DNA of 64,000 bases from Mobula hypostoma (GCF_963921235.1 NC_086098.1:1736001-1800000), one strand, 5' to 3'. Shown: positions 34,928-47,789, counted from the first letter of the stretch. The notes: a model not told the origin generated them from the letters alone. Numbers and translations are program-made.

Positions 34928-37511
34928 TGGAGCTGAGAAACAGGAAAGGTATGGCCACATTAGTGGGATTGTATTACAGACCACCCAATAGTCAACGAGA
35001 ATTGGAAGAGCAAAATCTGCAGAGAGATAGCAGGCAACTGCAGGAAACATAAAGTTGCGGTGGTAGGGGATTTTAATTTTCCATACATTGATTGGGACTC
35101 CCATACTGTTAGGGGTCTAGATGGTTTAGAGTTTGTAAAATGTGTTCAGGAAAGTTTTCTAAATCAATATATAGAGGGACCAACTAGAGGAGCTGCAATA
35201 TTGGATCTCCTGTTAGGAAACGAGTTAGGACAAGTGACAGAAGTCTGTGTAGGGGAGCACTGTGGTTCCAGTGATCATAACACCATTAGTTTCAACTTGA
35301 TCATGGACAAGGATAGATCTGGTCCTAGGGTTGATGTTCTGAACTGGAAGAAGGGCAAATTTGAAGAAATGAGAAAGGTTCTAAAACGTGTGGATTGGGA
35401 CAGGTTGTTCTCTGACAAAGATGTGATCGGTAGGTGGGAAGCCTTCAAAGGATAAATTTTGAGAGTGTAGAATTTGTATGTTCCTGTCAGGATTGAAGGC
35501 AAAATGAATAGGAATAAGGAACCTTGGTTCTCAAGGGATATTGCAACTCTGATAAAGAAGAAGAGGGAGTTGTACGACATGTATAGGAAGCAGGGAGTAA
35601 ATAAGGTGCTTGAGGAGTATAAGAAGTGCAAGAAACTTCTTAAGAAAGAAATCAGGAGGGCTAAAAGGAGACATGAGGTTGCCTTGGCAGTCAAAGTGAA
35701 GGATAATCCAAAGAGCTTTTACAGGTATATTAAGAGCAAAAGGATTGTAAGGGATAGAATTGGTCCTCTTGAAGATCAGAGTGGTCGGCTATGTGCAGAA
35801 CCAAAGGAAATGGGGGAGATCTTAAATAGGTTTTTTGCATCTGTAATTACTAAAGAAACTGGCATGAAGTCTATGGAATTAAGGGAAACAAGTAGTGAGA
35901 TCATGGAAACTGTACAGATCAAAAAGGAGGAGGTCCTTGCTGTCTTGAGGAAAATTAAAGTGGATAAATCCCCGGGACCTGACAGGGTGTTCCCTCGGAC
36001 CTTGAAGGAGACTAGTGTTGAAATTGCAGGGGCCCTGGCAGAAATATTTAAAATGTCGCTGTCTACAGGTGAGGTGCTGGAGGATTGGAGAGTGGCTCAT
36101 GTTGTTCCGTTGTTTAAAAAAGGATCGAAAAGTAATCCGGGAAATTATAGGCCAGTAAGTTTAACGTCAGTAGTAGGTAAGTTATTGGAGGAAGTACTAA
36201 GAGACAGAACCTACAAGCATTTGGATAGACAGGGACTTATTAGGGAAAGTCAACATGGCTTTGTGCGTGGTAGGTCATGTTTGACTAATCTATTGGAGTT
36301 TTTCGAGGAGGTTACCAGGAAAGTGGATGAAGGGAAGGCAGTGGATATTGTCTACATGAACTTCAGTAAGGCCTTTGACAAGGTCCTGCATGGGAGGTTA
36401 GTTAGGAAAATTCAGTCGCTAGGTATACATGGAGAGGTGGTAAATTGGATTAGACATTGGCTCGATGGAAGAAGCCAAAGAGTGGTAGTAGAGCCTGTGA
36501 CTAGTGGTGTGCCACAGGAATCAGTGCTGAGTCCATTGTTATTTGTCATCTATATCAATGATCTGGATGATAATGTGGTAAATTGGATCAGCAAATTTGC
36601 TGATGATACAAAGATTGGAGGTGTAGTAGACAGTGAGGAAGGTTTTCAGAGCCTGCAGAGGGACTTGGACCAGCTGGAAAAATGGGCTGAAAAATGGCAG
36701 ATGGAGTTTAATACAGCCAAGTGTGAGGTATTGCATGTTGGAAGGACAAACCAAAGTAGAACATACAGGGTTAATGGTAAGGCACTGAGGAGTGCAGTGG
36801 AACAGAGGGATCTGGGAATACAGATACAAAATTCCCTAAAAGTGGCGTCACAGGTAGATAGGGTTATAAAGATTGCTTTTGGTACATTGGCCTTTATTAA
36901 TCAAAGTATTGAGTATAAGAGCTGGAATGTTATGATGAGGTTGTATAAGGCATTGGTGAGGCCGAATCTGGAGTATTGTGTTCAGTTTTGGTCAACAAAT
37001 TAGAGGAAGGATATAAATAAGTTTGAAAGAGTGCAGAGAAGGTTTACAAGGATGTTGCCAGGACTTGAGAAACTCAGTTACAGAGAAAGGTTGAATAGGT
37101 TAGGACTTTATTCCCTGGAGCGTAGAAGAATGAGGGGAGATTTGATAGAGGTATATAAAATTATGATGGGTATAGATAGAGTGAATGCAAGCAGGCTTTT
37201 TCCACTGAGGCAAGGGGAGAAAAAAAACAGAGGACATGGGTTAAGGGTGAGGGGTGAAAAGTTTAAAGGGAACATAAGGGGGGGCTTCTTCACACAGAGA
37301 GTGGTGGGAGTATGGAATGAGCTGCCAGACGAGGTGGTAAATGCGGGTTCTTTTTTAACATTTAAGAATAAATTGGACAGATACATGGATGGGAGGTGTA
37401 TGGAGGGATATGGTCCGTGTGCAGGTCAGTGGGACTAGGCAGAAAATGGTTCAGCACAGCCAGGAAGGGCCAAAAGGCCTGTTTCTGTGCTGTGGTTTCT
37501 ATGGTTTCTAT
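34928..37511 (+). mobile_element. CR1 (family D), 5'-truncated in the endonuclease; few lesions
   Basis: ORFs 35060-35455, 35474-37003 (509 aa, FADD) and 37031-37438; (TTTCTATGG)n tail. Confidence 0.92.
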
Positions 37512-37901
37512 GGATATTGGTCCCCCTCGGAATCAAGTGCAACCTGTCACTTTTGTAGAGGACACACATGCCCAAGTAGAGGTCCCAATTATCGAGAAAT
37601 CAGATTCCCTGACCCTAATGCTCCAAGTCTTCAGCCGTGCATTTTTCTGGTTCCTCATTCTATTCCTATCTTCACTGTCACGTGGCACAGGCAGCAATCC
37701 CTAGATTACTATCCTTGAGGTCCTGCTTCTCAGCTTCTTTCCTAACTCCTTGTATTCTGTTTTCAGAACCTCCTCCCGTTTTCTACCTCTGTCATTGGTA
37801 TCAATATGTAGCACAATGTCTGGCTGCTTACTCTCCCTTTTCAGGATATTGTGGATGCATTAAGAAACATCACAGAAACCAGCACCCAGGAGGGAAATGA
37901 C

Positions 37902-38260
37902 CATCGAAGCTGCTAGTGAACGCAGCAGGCCAGGCAGCATCTCTAGGAAGAGGTACAGTCGACGTTTCAGGCCGACACTCTTCGTCAGGACTAACTGAAG
38001 GAAGAGTGAGTAAGGGATTTGAAATTTGGAGGGGGAGGGGGAGATCCAAACTGATAGGAGAAGACAGGAGGGGGAGGGATAGAGCCGAGAGCTGGACAGG
38101 TGATTGGCAAAAGGGATACGAGAGGATCATGGGACAGGAGGTCCGGGAAGAAAGACGGGGGAGGGGGACCCAGAGGATGGGCAAGGGGTATAGTCAGAGG
38201 GACAGAGGGAGAAAACAGAGAAAACCCCCTTTTTCTCCCTCTGTCCCTCTGACTATACCC
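37902..38260 (-). mobile_element. PLE terminal-repeat fragment ending in a 30-bp fold-back hairpin
   Basis: 37902-37990 matches the arms of 11365-11584; purine-rich tract; perfect inverted repeat 38186-38215 and 38231-38260. Confidence 0.8.
37956..37993 (-). ncRNA. Minimal hammerhead ribozyme motif
   Basis: Minus strand reads tagtc-CUGACGA-AGagugucggcCU-GAAAC-GUC-gactg. Confidence 0.65.
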
Positions 38261-38265
38261 TGAGG

Positions 38266-38379
38266 GTGTATGAGTGTGTCTGAGCATGTGTATGTGTGTG
38301 TCTGAGTGTGTGTGTGTGTGTCTGAGTGTGTGTGTGTGTGTGTGTGTGTCTGAGCGTGTGTGTGTGTGTGTGTATGTCT

Positions 38380-38420
<41 letters not shown>

Positions 38421-38446
38421 TGAGTGTGTGTGTCTGAGTGTATGTG

Positions 38447-38477
<31 letters not shown>

Positions 38478-38534
38478 CTGAGCGTGTGTGTGTGTGAGTG
38501 TATGTGTGCGTGTGCCTGAGTGTGTGTGTGTGTG

Positions 38535-38574
<40 letters not shown>

Positions 38575-38790
38575 CATGTGTGTGAGCGTGTGTGTGTGTG
38601 TCTGAGCGTGTGTGTGTGAGTGTATGTGTGCGTGTGCCTGAGTGTGTGTGTGTGTGTGTGTGTGTGAGCGTGTGTGTGTGTGTGTGTGCGTGTGTGTGTG
38701 AGCGTGTGTGTGTGTCTGAGCGTGTGTGTGTGTGTATGTGTGCGTGTGTCTGAGTGTGTGTGTGTGTGCGTGTGTGTGTTTGTGCGTGTG

Positions 38791-38826
<36 letters not shown>

Positions 38827-38876
38827 CGTGTGTGTGTGAGCGTGTGTGTGTGTGTGTATGAGTGTGTGTGTGTGTA
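38266..38876. repeat. Compound (TG)n microsatellite, about 610 bp
   Basis: TG runs punctuated by tctgag, tgagcg and tatg. Confidence 0.97.
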
Positions 38877-38879
38877 CAT

Positions 38880-40935
38880 ACGTGCATGCGCTGTGCTGGT
38901 TGATACTACCGAAGTACAACACCTTGCACTTCTCTGCATTAAACTCTATCTGCCATTATCTGTCCATTTTCCCTGCTGCTTCAGTGCCTGATGCATGCAA
39001 TGACAGTCTTCCCCTCTATCAACTGTACCTGTAGTCTTGGTGTCATCCTCAAATTTGCTGATCTAGTTAACCACATTATCATCCAGTTCATTGATATTGG
39101 CAACAAACTTCAATGGAAACAGCATCGATCCCTGCAGCATTCCACTAGTCACAGGCTTCCAGTCAGAGGCAAACATTTACTACTACTCTCTGTCTTCTCT
39201 ACAGACCAATGTCTAATCCAAATTGCTACCTCATCTTGAATGATGAGCTACTGAACCTTCTTGACCAACCTCCTATTTGGAACCTTGTCAAATGCCTTGC
39301 TAACGTCCATGTAGAGAACATCCACTGCCTTGCCTTCATCATTTTTTCTGGTAACTTCCTCGAAAAAACAATGTAAATTTGGTTAGACAGACCTATCACC
39401 TATGAAACTATGCTTGATCAGTCCATGACTAACTAAATACTCATATCCAGTCCCTTAGAACACCTTCTAATAACTTTTCCACTATTGACGTCAGTACTTC
39501 CCTGTAATTTCCTGGTTTAATTTCAGAGCTTCCCTTAAACAACGGAACAACATTAGCTGTCCTTCAAACCTATCGTACCTCTCCTGCTGCAAATGCAGCT
39601 AAAGCAAAGAGTTAAATTGTATCACATTGGCAAGATTCAAACTGACAAAGAATGCAGGATTGAAGGTGCTGCATTTAAATGCGCATAGCATTTGGAATAA
39701 GGTGGGTAAACTAATGGCACAATTAGAGATTGGTCAGTATGACATTGTGGACATCACTGAGATGTGGATGAAAGAATGCCATAGATGGGAACTTAACATA
39801 AAGGATATGTTTTGTATTGAAATACAGTGTTGGGAAATGTATAATCATGCATTTTGCTAAAAGGAACAATAATGCGGACTAAATGGGGAGAAGATTCAAA
39901 CTTCAGAGGTGCAGAGGGACTTGGGAGTCCTCGTGTAAGACACCCGGGAGGTTAATTTACAGGTTGAGTCTGTGGTAAAGAAGGCAAATACAACGTTGGC
40001 ATTTATTTCAAGGAGAATAGAATATAAAAGCAAGGAGATAATGGCTAACACGAGAGGGCACAGTTTTAAGGTGCTTGGAAGCAGGTACAGAGGAGATGTC
40101 AGGGGTAAGTTTTTTACTCAGAGAGTGGTGAGTGCGTGGAATGGGCTGCTGGCAATGGTGGTGGAGGCGGATACGATCGGGTTTTTAAGAGGCTCCTGGA
40201 TAGGTACATGCAAGTTAGAAAAATAGAGGGCTATGGGTAACCCTAGGTAATTTCTTATGTAAGTACATGTTCAGCACAGCATTGTGGGCCGAAGGGACTG
40301 TATTGTGCTGCAGTTTTCTATGTTTCTATGTTTCTATGATAATGCTGAGCCTTTATAAGACACTAGTCAGACTACACTTAGAAAATTGTCAACAGTTTTG
40401 GGCACAGAAAAGATGTGGTGTCACTGGACAGAGTCCAGAGGAGTTTCATGAGGAAGATTCTGGGCATGAAGAGGTTAATGTATGAGGATTGTTTAGCAGC
40501 TTGGGTCTGTACTCACTGGAATTTAGCAGAATGTGGAGGGGTTGGGGGGCGGGGAGCGGATCTCATTGAAATCTACCAAATATTGAAAGAACAAGATCGG
40601 GTGGATTCGGAGAGTTTCTTGTGGTTGGGGTATCCTGAACTAGAGGTCACAGCCTCAGAATTGAGGGGTGACCCTTTAGAACAGAGGTAAGGAGAAATAG
40701 TTTTATCCAGAGTGTAATACATCTGTGGAATGCTCTGCAGTGGAGGCCAAGTCCATGGGTATATTTAAGGCGAAAGTTGATTGCTTCATGATCGGTCAGG
40801 GCATCAAAGGATATGGCAAAAAGGCATGTGTATAGGGTTGAGTGGGATCTGGAATCAGCCATGATGGAATGGTGGAGAGGACCAATGGGCTGAATGGCCT
40901 AATTCTGCTCCTTTGTCCTATGTCTTATGATCTAC
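38880..40935. mobile_element. Degenerate CR1 fragments (minus ~38880-39590, plus ~39600-40935) with a nested CR1 3' end at 40044-40337
   Basis: EN and RT motifs in ORFs 39627-39860, 39972-40226 and 40415-40690; TSD gataatg at 40037-40043 and 40338-40344. Confidence 0.75.
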
Positions 40936-41044
40936 GGATAATATAACTACATCTGTTCGGGACCTTGTAATTTCTGCACTTGCCACTCACAGGATCTGAA
41001 GGAATACCTAGTCAATCCCTGGGGATTTATCATATTAATATATA

Positions 41045-41405
41045 TTGGACAGGCTAGATGCAGGAAGATTGTTCCCGATGTTGGGGAAGTCCAGAACGAG
41101 GGGCCACAGTTTGAGGATAGAGGGGAAGCCTTTTAGGACCGAGATTAGGAAAAACTTCTTCACACAGAGAGTGGTGAATCTGTGGAATTCTCTGCCACAG
41201 GAAACAGTTGAGGCCAGTTCATTGGCTATATTTAAGAGGGAGTTAGATATGGCCCTTGTGGCTACGGGGGTCAGGGGGTATGGAGGGAAGGCTGGGGCGG
41301 GGTTCTGAGTTGGATGATCAGCCATGATCATAATAAATGGCGGTGCAGGCTCGAAGGGCCGAATGGCCTACTCCTGCACCTATTTTCTATGTTTCTATGT
41401 TTCTA
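41045..41405 (+). mobile_element. CR1 family A 3' end inserted in an (AT)n tract
   Basis: Nearly identical to 21631-21990. Confidence 0.92.
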
Positions 41406-43149
41406 TATATATAAAATTATTTATTATTGTAATTTGTAGTTCATTTTTATGATTACGTATTGCAATGCACTGCTGCCACAAAGAAAACAAATTTCAGCAC
41501 ATATGCTAGTGATATGAGACCTGATTCTGATTCACTGGAACCCCTGGAAAGCATCTTGGATGGTCAAGATGCTTCAGCAAGAATGCAAGGTCGGGGAACT
41601 AACCACAGGATGGTAATGGCTGCCTCAGATTCACCTCAAATGTCATGTTGCATATGTCAATCAGAAGGTCAATTTTCTCCCTGAATTCTCTAATTTAGCT
41701 TTGATTTTCCTGCTGGATCCAGAGGTCATTGTCATTTTCCATTCTCAGAAGGTACTTAAATTTAATTTCCATGTAAATTACTGCCACCAAAATGTTAACT
41801 CCGAGTTTTGCTATATAATTACTGTGCCTTCCTTTGGTCGCCCTTACTCAATTGTTTAAGGTTGTTTAATGTCATTTCTAGTACACACGTGTAAAGGAGA
41901 ACAAAATCTGATCCAGCACAAAAAACCATAATAAGGTGAAGAACACAATAATAAAAAACACAATGAATATAAGTACATAAGATAGTTTGTATACATAGAT
42001 TGATTGTATGTTCATAGTGTGACTCTGACAGGAAATCATAACGTAGTGGTGATCGGGAGTGTGGGTCAGCTATACTGTTTGGGGGTAGTAATTGTTATTG
42101 AATCTGGTGGTCCTGACGTGGGTACAACGTAGCCTCCTCCCTGTTGGGAGTGGGACAAAAAGTCCCACGAGCTGGGTGGGTGGGATCTTTCATGATGAAA
42201 TTGGTCGGGATGATGAAGCTGACAGCCTTTCAATGTAAAAATAATAATAATAGAAATAACTGAATCAAAATAAATTTTAGGGGATGCAAGTACATTTTTG
42301 AAACCTTGCAAATAGAGATTATGCCTACATTGGAGCTAATTGATACTGTCACTCAAGTTTCTTGGTCACAAAGACTTTACAGTTGTGAATGATTGCCTGA
42401 AAACAAATGTATCAATAGAGCTGAATACTCTGGCCAACAGAGCTCTGAACAGTGGCCAACGTCTCATGTGAGCACTCAAGTGGTCTTCACACAATGGTGA
42501 GGCCATAAAACCAGAAGACACAGGAGCAGAATTAGGCCATTTGGCCCATCAAGTCTGCTCTGCCATTCAATCATGGTTGATTCTTTCTCCCCCATCAAAC
42601 CCCACTCCCCAGCCTTCTCCCCTTAACCTCTGATTCCATGTCCAATCAAGAACCTGTTGAGCTCTGCCTTAAAATAGACTCAGCAACCTGGCCTTCACAG
42701 AGGCCCGTGGTAACAAATTTCACAAATTCACCACCCTCTGGTTAAACTTATTATAATAATTTTTTATACAAGGTGCAATTTGAATCTTCCTCTCCTACAG
42801 TTTATCATTGTCAATTACCGTTGCTGTGCTGAGTAATGTCCTCGATATTGATGTGCTGGTTTTGGACCAGGTGGAGTAAAGTTTCAGGAATTTGCAAACT
42901 AAGTAAGATATAATAGGTCCAGGTACGACCTTTAGAAAGCCATCTCAAGGTAGTGCAGAACATGGTGACATATATGTTCGGTGATAATACATTTGCTTTG
43001 AAACTTGAACATTGAGCTGGTCATTGGACTTAATAAAGTTTAAACTGTTGGTGAATTTGGGGAAGAAATTAGATGTTTTGTTTAAGGCTTATAAAATAAT
43101 GTCCAGTGGCTTTTAAAAGGGAATTGGATGCACACTTGATGGAATCCTG

Positions 43150-43396
43150 ATGAAGGGTAACCTTGCCATGCACGGTCTCAAACCTGATTGTGAAAGGAGG
43201 AGAGGTGGGCATACGGCTCGTAACCCCATCCTGTAAATACCCAGAGCTACAGAAATGGCAACAAAGACCTCACCTGTGGGAGAGGACGGCTGCGCCAAGA
43301 AGATGGGCCACACCTGAAGACGATGTGAAAGACTGGTCCTGGTGAGCTACTATCAGTGGTCTATACACCAATAGGAGTGAGGGGGCATGAGCTAAG
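43150..43396 (+). mobile_element. Old bipartite RTE-derived element (different subtype from 1452-1877)
   Basis: aaaggaggagaggtgggcatacggctcgtaaccccatcctgtaaa recalled as an RTE 5' UTR motif, followed within about 130 bp by an RTE-like 3' end (ggtgagctactatcagtggtctatacacc...). Confidence 0.5.
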
Positions 43397-43467
43397 CCTG
43401 ATGAAGCGTCTTAGCTCAAAATATCTATTGTTCATTTCTCCCCATAGATCCTGCCTGAACTGCTGAG

Positions 43468-44512
43468 ACAATAGACAATAGACAATAGGTGCAGGAGTAG
43501 GCTATTTGGCCCTTCGAGCCACCACCATTCACTGTGATCATGGCTGATCATCCACAATCAGTATCCAGTTCCTGCCTTATCCCCATAACCTTTGATTCCG
43601 CTATCTTTAGGAGCTCTATCCATCTCTTTCTTGAAAGCATCCAGAGACTTGGCCTCCACTGCCTTCTGGGGCAGAGCATTCCATATATCCACCACTCTCT
43701 GGGTGAAAAAGTTTTTCCTCAACTCCGTTCTAAGTGGCCTACCCCTTATTTTTAAACTGTGGCCTCTGGTTCTGGACTCACCCATCAGCGGGAACATGCT
43801 TCCTCCTTCAGCATGTCCAATCTCTTAATAATCTTATATGTTTCAATAAGATCCCCTCTCAGCCTTCTAAATTCCAGAGTATACAAGCCCAGTCCCTCCA
43901 ATCTTTCGACATATGACAGTCCCGCCATCCCGGGAATTAACCTTGTGAACCTACACTGCACTCCCTCAATAGCAAGTATGTCCTTCCTCAAATTTGGAGA
44001 CCAAAACTGCACACAGTACTCTAGGTGTGGGCCCTGTACAGCTGCAGAAGGACCTCTCTGCTCTTATACTCAATTCCCCTTGTTATGAAGGCCAGCATGC
44101 CATTAGCTTTCTTCACTGCCTGCTGTACTTGCATGCCTGCTTTCAGTGACTGATGTACAAGAACACCTAGATCTCATTGTACTTCCCCTTTTCCTAACTT
44201 GACTCCATTTAGATAATAATCTGCCTTCCCGTTCTTACCACCAAAGTGGATAACCTCACATTTATCCACATTAAACTGCATCTGCCATGCATCTGCCCAC
44301 TCACCCAGCCTATCCAAGACACCCTGCATTCTCATAACATCCTCCTCACATTTCACACTGCCACCCAGCTTTATGTCATCGGCAAATTTGCTAATGTTAC
44401 TTTTAATTCCCTCATCTAAATCATTAATATATATTGTGAACAGCTGCGGTCCCAGCATTGAACCCTGCGGTAACTCACTGGTCACCACCTGCCATTCTGA
44501 AAGGGAGCCGTC
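43468..44512 (-). mobile_element. CR1 (family E), 5'-truncated, inserted into a degenerate PLE terminus (43397-43467 and 44709-44772)
   Basis: ORFs 43558-43797, 43785-44012 and 44174-44488; (CTATTGT)n tail; sibling of 55847-58791. Confidence 0.9.
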
Positions 44513-44521
44513 AATCCTGCA

Positions 44522-44708
44522 CCACCTCTCCTCCTTTCACAGTCAGGTTTGAGATCATGCATGGCAAGGTTACCCTTCATCAGGATTCCATCAAGTGTGC
44601 ATCCAATTCCCTTTGAAAAGCCATCGGACATTATTTTATAAGCCTTAAACAAAACATCTAATTTCTTCCCCAAATTCACCAACAGTTTAAACTTTATTAA
44701 GTCCAATG
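44522..44708 (-). repeat. 187-bp inverted copy of 43022-43208 at the CR1 5' junction
   Basis: Direct reverse-complement comparison shows only a few substitutions. Confidence 0.92.
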
Positions 44709-45740
44709 CAGTCACTCCTGCATTTTGTGTGTCTTGCCCCATACTTAGATATCTGCAGAATCTCTTATGTCTAATTAATGGAACAACTGTGAACACGGGA
44801 TAAAGCAAAGGAAACACATTAGAAAGACCTCCTAATAGGGGAGAAGAGCAATGATTTTAAAGAATAAATTCAGCTATAAAAGCAGCTTTCTTTTAAGAAC
44901 ACCTCATGTTTTCCGATACAAATGTTCCCGGAAATTCAAAGTAAAATTTATTATCAGAGTACAACATGTCGCTACATACATCCCGGAGATTCTTTTTCTG
45001 AGGGCATACTTAGCCAATCTATAAACCAGTAACTGTAAACAACGGACAACAAACTGTGCAAATACAAATATAAATAAATATCAATAAATAATGAGCATGA
45101 AATAACAAGATAAAGAGTCTTTAAAGCAAGACCACCAGTCGTGGGAAGGAGGAGAGTAAGTGTAGTTATCCCCTTTTGTTCAAGAGCCTGATCATTGACA
45201 GCATTATGTGCATACCTGGTGTGTAGCCTGTTTTTTTTGTCAATTTTTGGGTGCCTTTGTAATCTCCTACCTGAATGTTCCTAGTTGGGGCTTGGTTCTT
45301 TGTCACTCTTCAGCTCAACTACCAGATTTTGTGCCAATGCTTACCAAAATTCAAAGTTCAAAGTTCAGACTAAATTTATTGTCCATTCTGGGCAGCTGGT
45401 TCCCACTGGCCACATACACTCAATGCTCACTTTCTTAGGTTCGTGAGTAAAATGTGTGAAATTAGTTGTTTCACTAGGGCAGTACTCTATCATACATAAA
45501 ATAGACTATAAATTAAAATAAGAGTTATATATAGGTAGTGCAAAACAAGAATAAAAAGATATTAAGGTCGTATTCGTGAGTTCTTGTCTCTTTAAAAATC
45601 TGATGGTTTAACTTTGGGCTCTCTGAGTCTTTTTTAAAAAATCACAATGTTGTGCAAAGTTGATTGGAAACAATTGTAAGTATGATATTCTTCAGAGCAA
45701 TTGAGACACATTTTCAAAGTTTGCAAAATTTTAAATTTAC

Positions 45741-45855
45741 CTTTGTCATTTTCAAATGTTCCCCAAAGGACAAGTTTGAAATGTCGCACGGTTGTCGCAT
45801 TGATTTCGTTGTCAGGCCGATGACAGCCAATGACTGTACCTTTGTTGTCCAATAC
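45741..45855 (-). CDS. Probable internal exon (115 bp) of an unidentified host gene
   Basis: Acceptor ttttatgttgttgcttag, donor AAG|gtaaat; non-repeat island; frame (R)YWTTKVQSLAVIGLTTKSMRQPCDISNLSFGEHLKMTK continues exon 63546-63689. Confidence 0.55.
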
Positions 45856-46705
45856 CTAAGCAACAACATAAAATTTGTTCTGATGAGCCAATAGCTTTTG
45901 TTCAATACCACTACAGAGAAAGTGCAGTGCAGGAAGATAATATGATGCAATGTCATAACAAAGCAGATTTTGAGCTCAAGAATCAATTTATTATGGAAAA
46001 GAACACTACCGCATAGAAACAGGCCCTCCAATCCAGTTAGTCCATGTGGAATTATTAATCTGCCTTCTCCCATCGACCTGTACTGGGACCATAGCCCTCC
46101 ACACCTCTCTTATCCATGAACTTATCCAAACTTCTCTTAAAATCAACCGTGCTTGCACCACTTTCACTGGCAGCTCATTCCACACTTTCACCATCCTCTG
46201 AGTGAATAAGATCTCCCCCTCCCATGTTCATCATCATTTTGTATACCTCTTTCAAATCTCCCCTCGTTTCTCTATATTTCAGAGAATGTGGGAGAGCTTA
46301 AATGTTTTTTTTGTATTTGCATTTACTCAGGAGACAGACAGAGGATCTACAGCAGTGAGGCAAAGCAGCATCGACTTCATGGGCCCTATACAGATTACAG
46401 AGGGTTAAGTGTTTGCAAATAAGGGTGGATAAATCCCTAGGGCCTGACAAGGAGTTCCCTTGAACTCTGTGAGAGTCAAGTGCAGAAACTGTAGGACACC
46501 CAGTAGAGATATTCAAAGCAGCCTTAGCGCAGCAGTGGAGGTATCGGAGGATTGGAGGATTGCTAATATTTTTCTGCTGTTTAAGAAAGGTTCGAACAAT
46601 AAATCAGGAAATTATAGGCCAGAGAGTTTTACATCAGTAGTGGGTGTCATCTATATCAATTATCTGGATGATAATGTGGTTAACTACATCAGCAAGTTTG
46701 TGAAT

Positions 46706-47789
46706 GAACAGAGCTCGATAAAAGCGATGAAGTGGACTTTTAAGATCATAAACCAGCAGATTGTTATGTCTCCTGCTCACTGTGAAAATGGGGAACACCT
46801 CCCTCTCCCTTGCCAGGGAGAGAGAGAAAACCTGTGGGTTGTCGAATTTCGGATGAAATGTGAAGCTTTTGGGGTAACTTTGGCCTGTGTCTTTGCTATT
46901 GCTTAGCACGCGCTTGGTATCAGTGATGGTATCGATTGCGTTTATTTTTGCCGGTGGGGGGAGGAGGGCTTGCTGTCACTTATGCGCAGGAGTGGGGAGC
47001 TGGGGGGAGGGACTTTGGGGTTTTCACGTTTAACTGTTGTTCATTCTTTGGGGCGCTTCTCTGTTTTCGTGGATGTTTTGCAAAGAAAAAGCATTTCAGG
47101 ATGTAGATGAGGAGGAGAAGATGGCGGCGCGACGCAGCACGTGCAGCTCTCCGGTGAAATGATATCATATTTGTTAAATAGGGGCTGTGGACAATTCTGA
47201 TTTAGTGGAGACAGACGTGAGAAGGCACAGAGGAAGATCTGGAGAAATTTCTGAAATGCCTGGTTTGCTGCCGCTGCTACTGTGTGATCGAGAATCTCCA
47301 GAGGGAAGGCCCCAAAATCCCCGGCTTTGCCTGCTGTTGGCGACCGAGGCTGAGGTCGAAGCGTTTGGCAGAGATGGTGCTTGGTACTTGGTGTCGGAGG
47401 GCTGATTGGAGGCTCGAAGTTTTCGGACGACTCAGAGTCGGACTGTGGTCAGGCAAGGCAGGGAGAGTTTTCTTCCTTTTCCCGTCTGCGTGAGATGTGG
47501 GACTTTCGAGAGACTTTGAACTTTTTTACTGTGCCATGGACTGTTCTTCATCAAGTTATGGTATTGTTGCACTGTTGTAACTATATGTTATAATTATGTG
47601 GTTTTTGTCAGTTTTTCAGTCTTGGTCTGTCCTGTGTTTCTGTGATATCACACCGGAGGAATATTGAATCATTTCTTAATGCATGCATTACTAAATGACA
47701 ATAAAAGAGGACTGCGTGTCCTCATAATCTAAACTAATCTAATATTGTATACATTTCTCTGACATTAAACTTGACCTTTGACTCTTTGA
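46706..47789 (+). mobile_element. 5'-truncated copy of the 33528 family, inside a CR1 (~46280-48170) and itself interrupted by 47106-47742
   Basis: tttcaggatgta|tattgtatacatttctctgacattaaa rejoins across the insert and matches 34297-34336. Confidence 0.75.
47106..47742 (+). mobile_element. YY1-headed non-coding retroelement, copy 2
   Basis: ggaggagaAGATGGCGGCgcgacgcagc head; gaggactgcgtgtcctc hairpin then (TAATC)n tail. Confidence 0.8.

Larger units (their letters stand above)
33478..37900 (-). mobile_element. Old CR1 ORF1-to-EN segment split by two insertions (pieces ~33478-33527, 34359-34927, 37512-37900)
   Basis: EN start LKVLNLNVCSIWNNVDEL (ORF 34579-34800); ORF1 esterase rejoins as aacctgcctgcaagg|atattggtccccctc. 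Confidence 0.75.

Noticed and set aside
37991..38939. Long His/Thr-rich ORFs (228-298 aa) and Cys/Val-rich ORFs
   Set aside because: They are translations of the (CA)n/(TG)n microsatellite, which lacks stop codons.
41549..41574. Perfect 10-bp hairpin aagcatcttg-gatggt-caagatgctt
   Set aside because: Short enough to arise by chance in 64 kb, with no supporting context.
43147..43158. CTGATGAAGGGT resembling the PLE hammerhead start (mirrored near 44572-44583)
   Set aside because: No stem II closure or GAAAC-GTC follows, so it is not a ribozyme.
45634..45852. Alternative frame VLDNKGTVIGCHRPDNEINATTVRHFKLVLWGT with faint resemblance to a proprotein-convertase P-domain end
   Set aside because: Similarity is only a few residues and this frame is not phase-compatible with the upstream exon; no gene name assigned.
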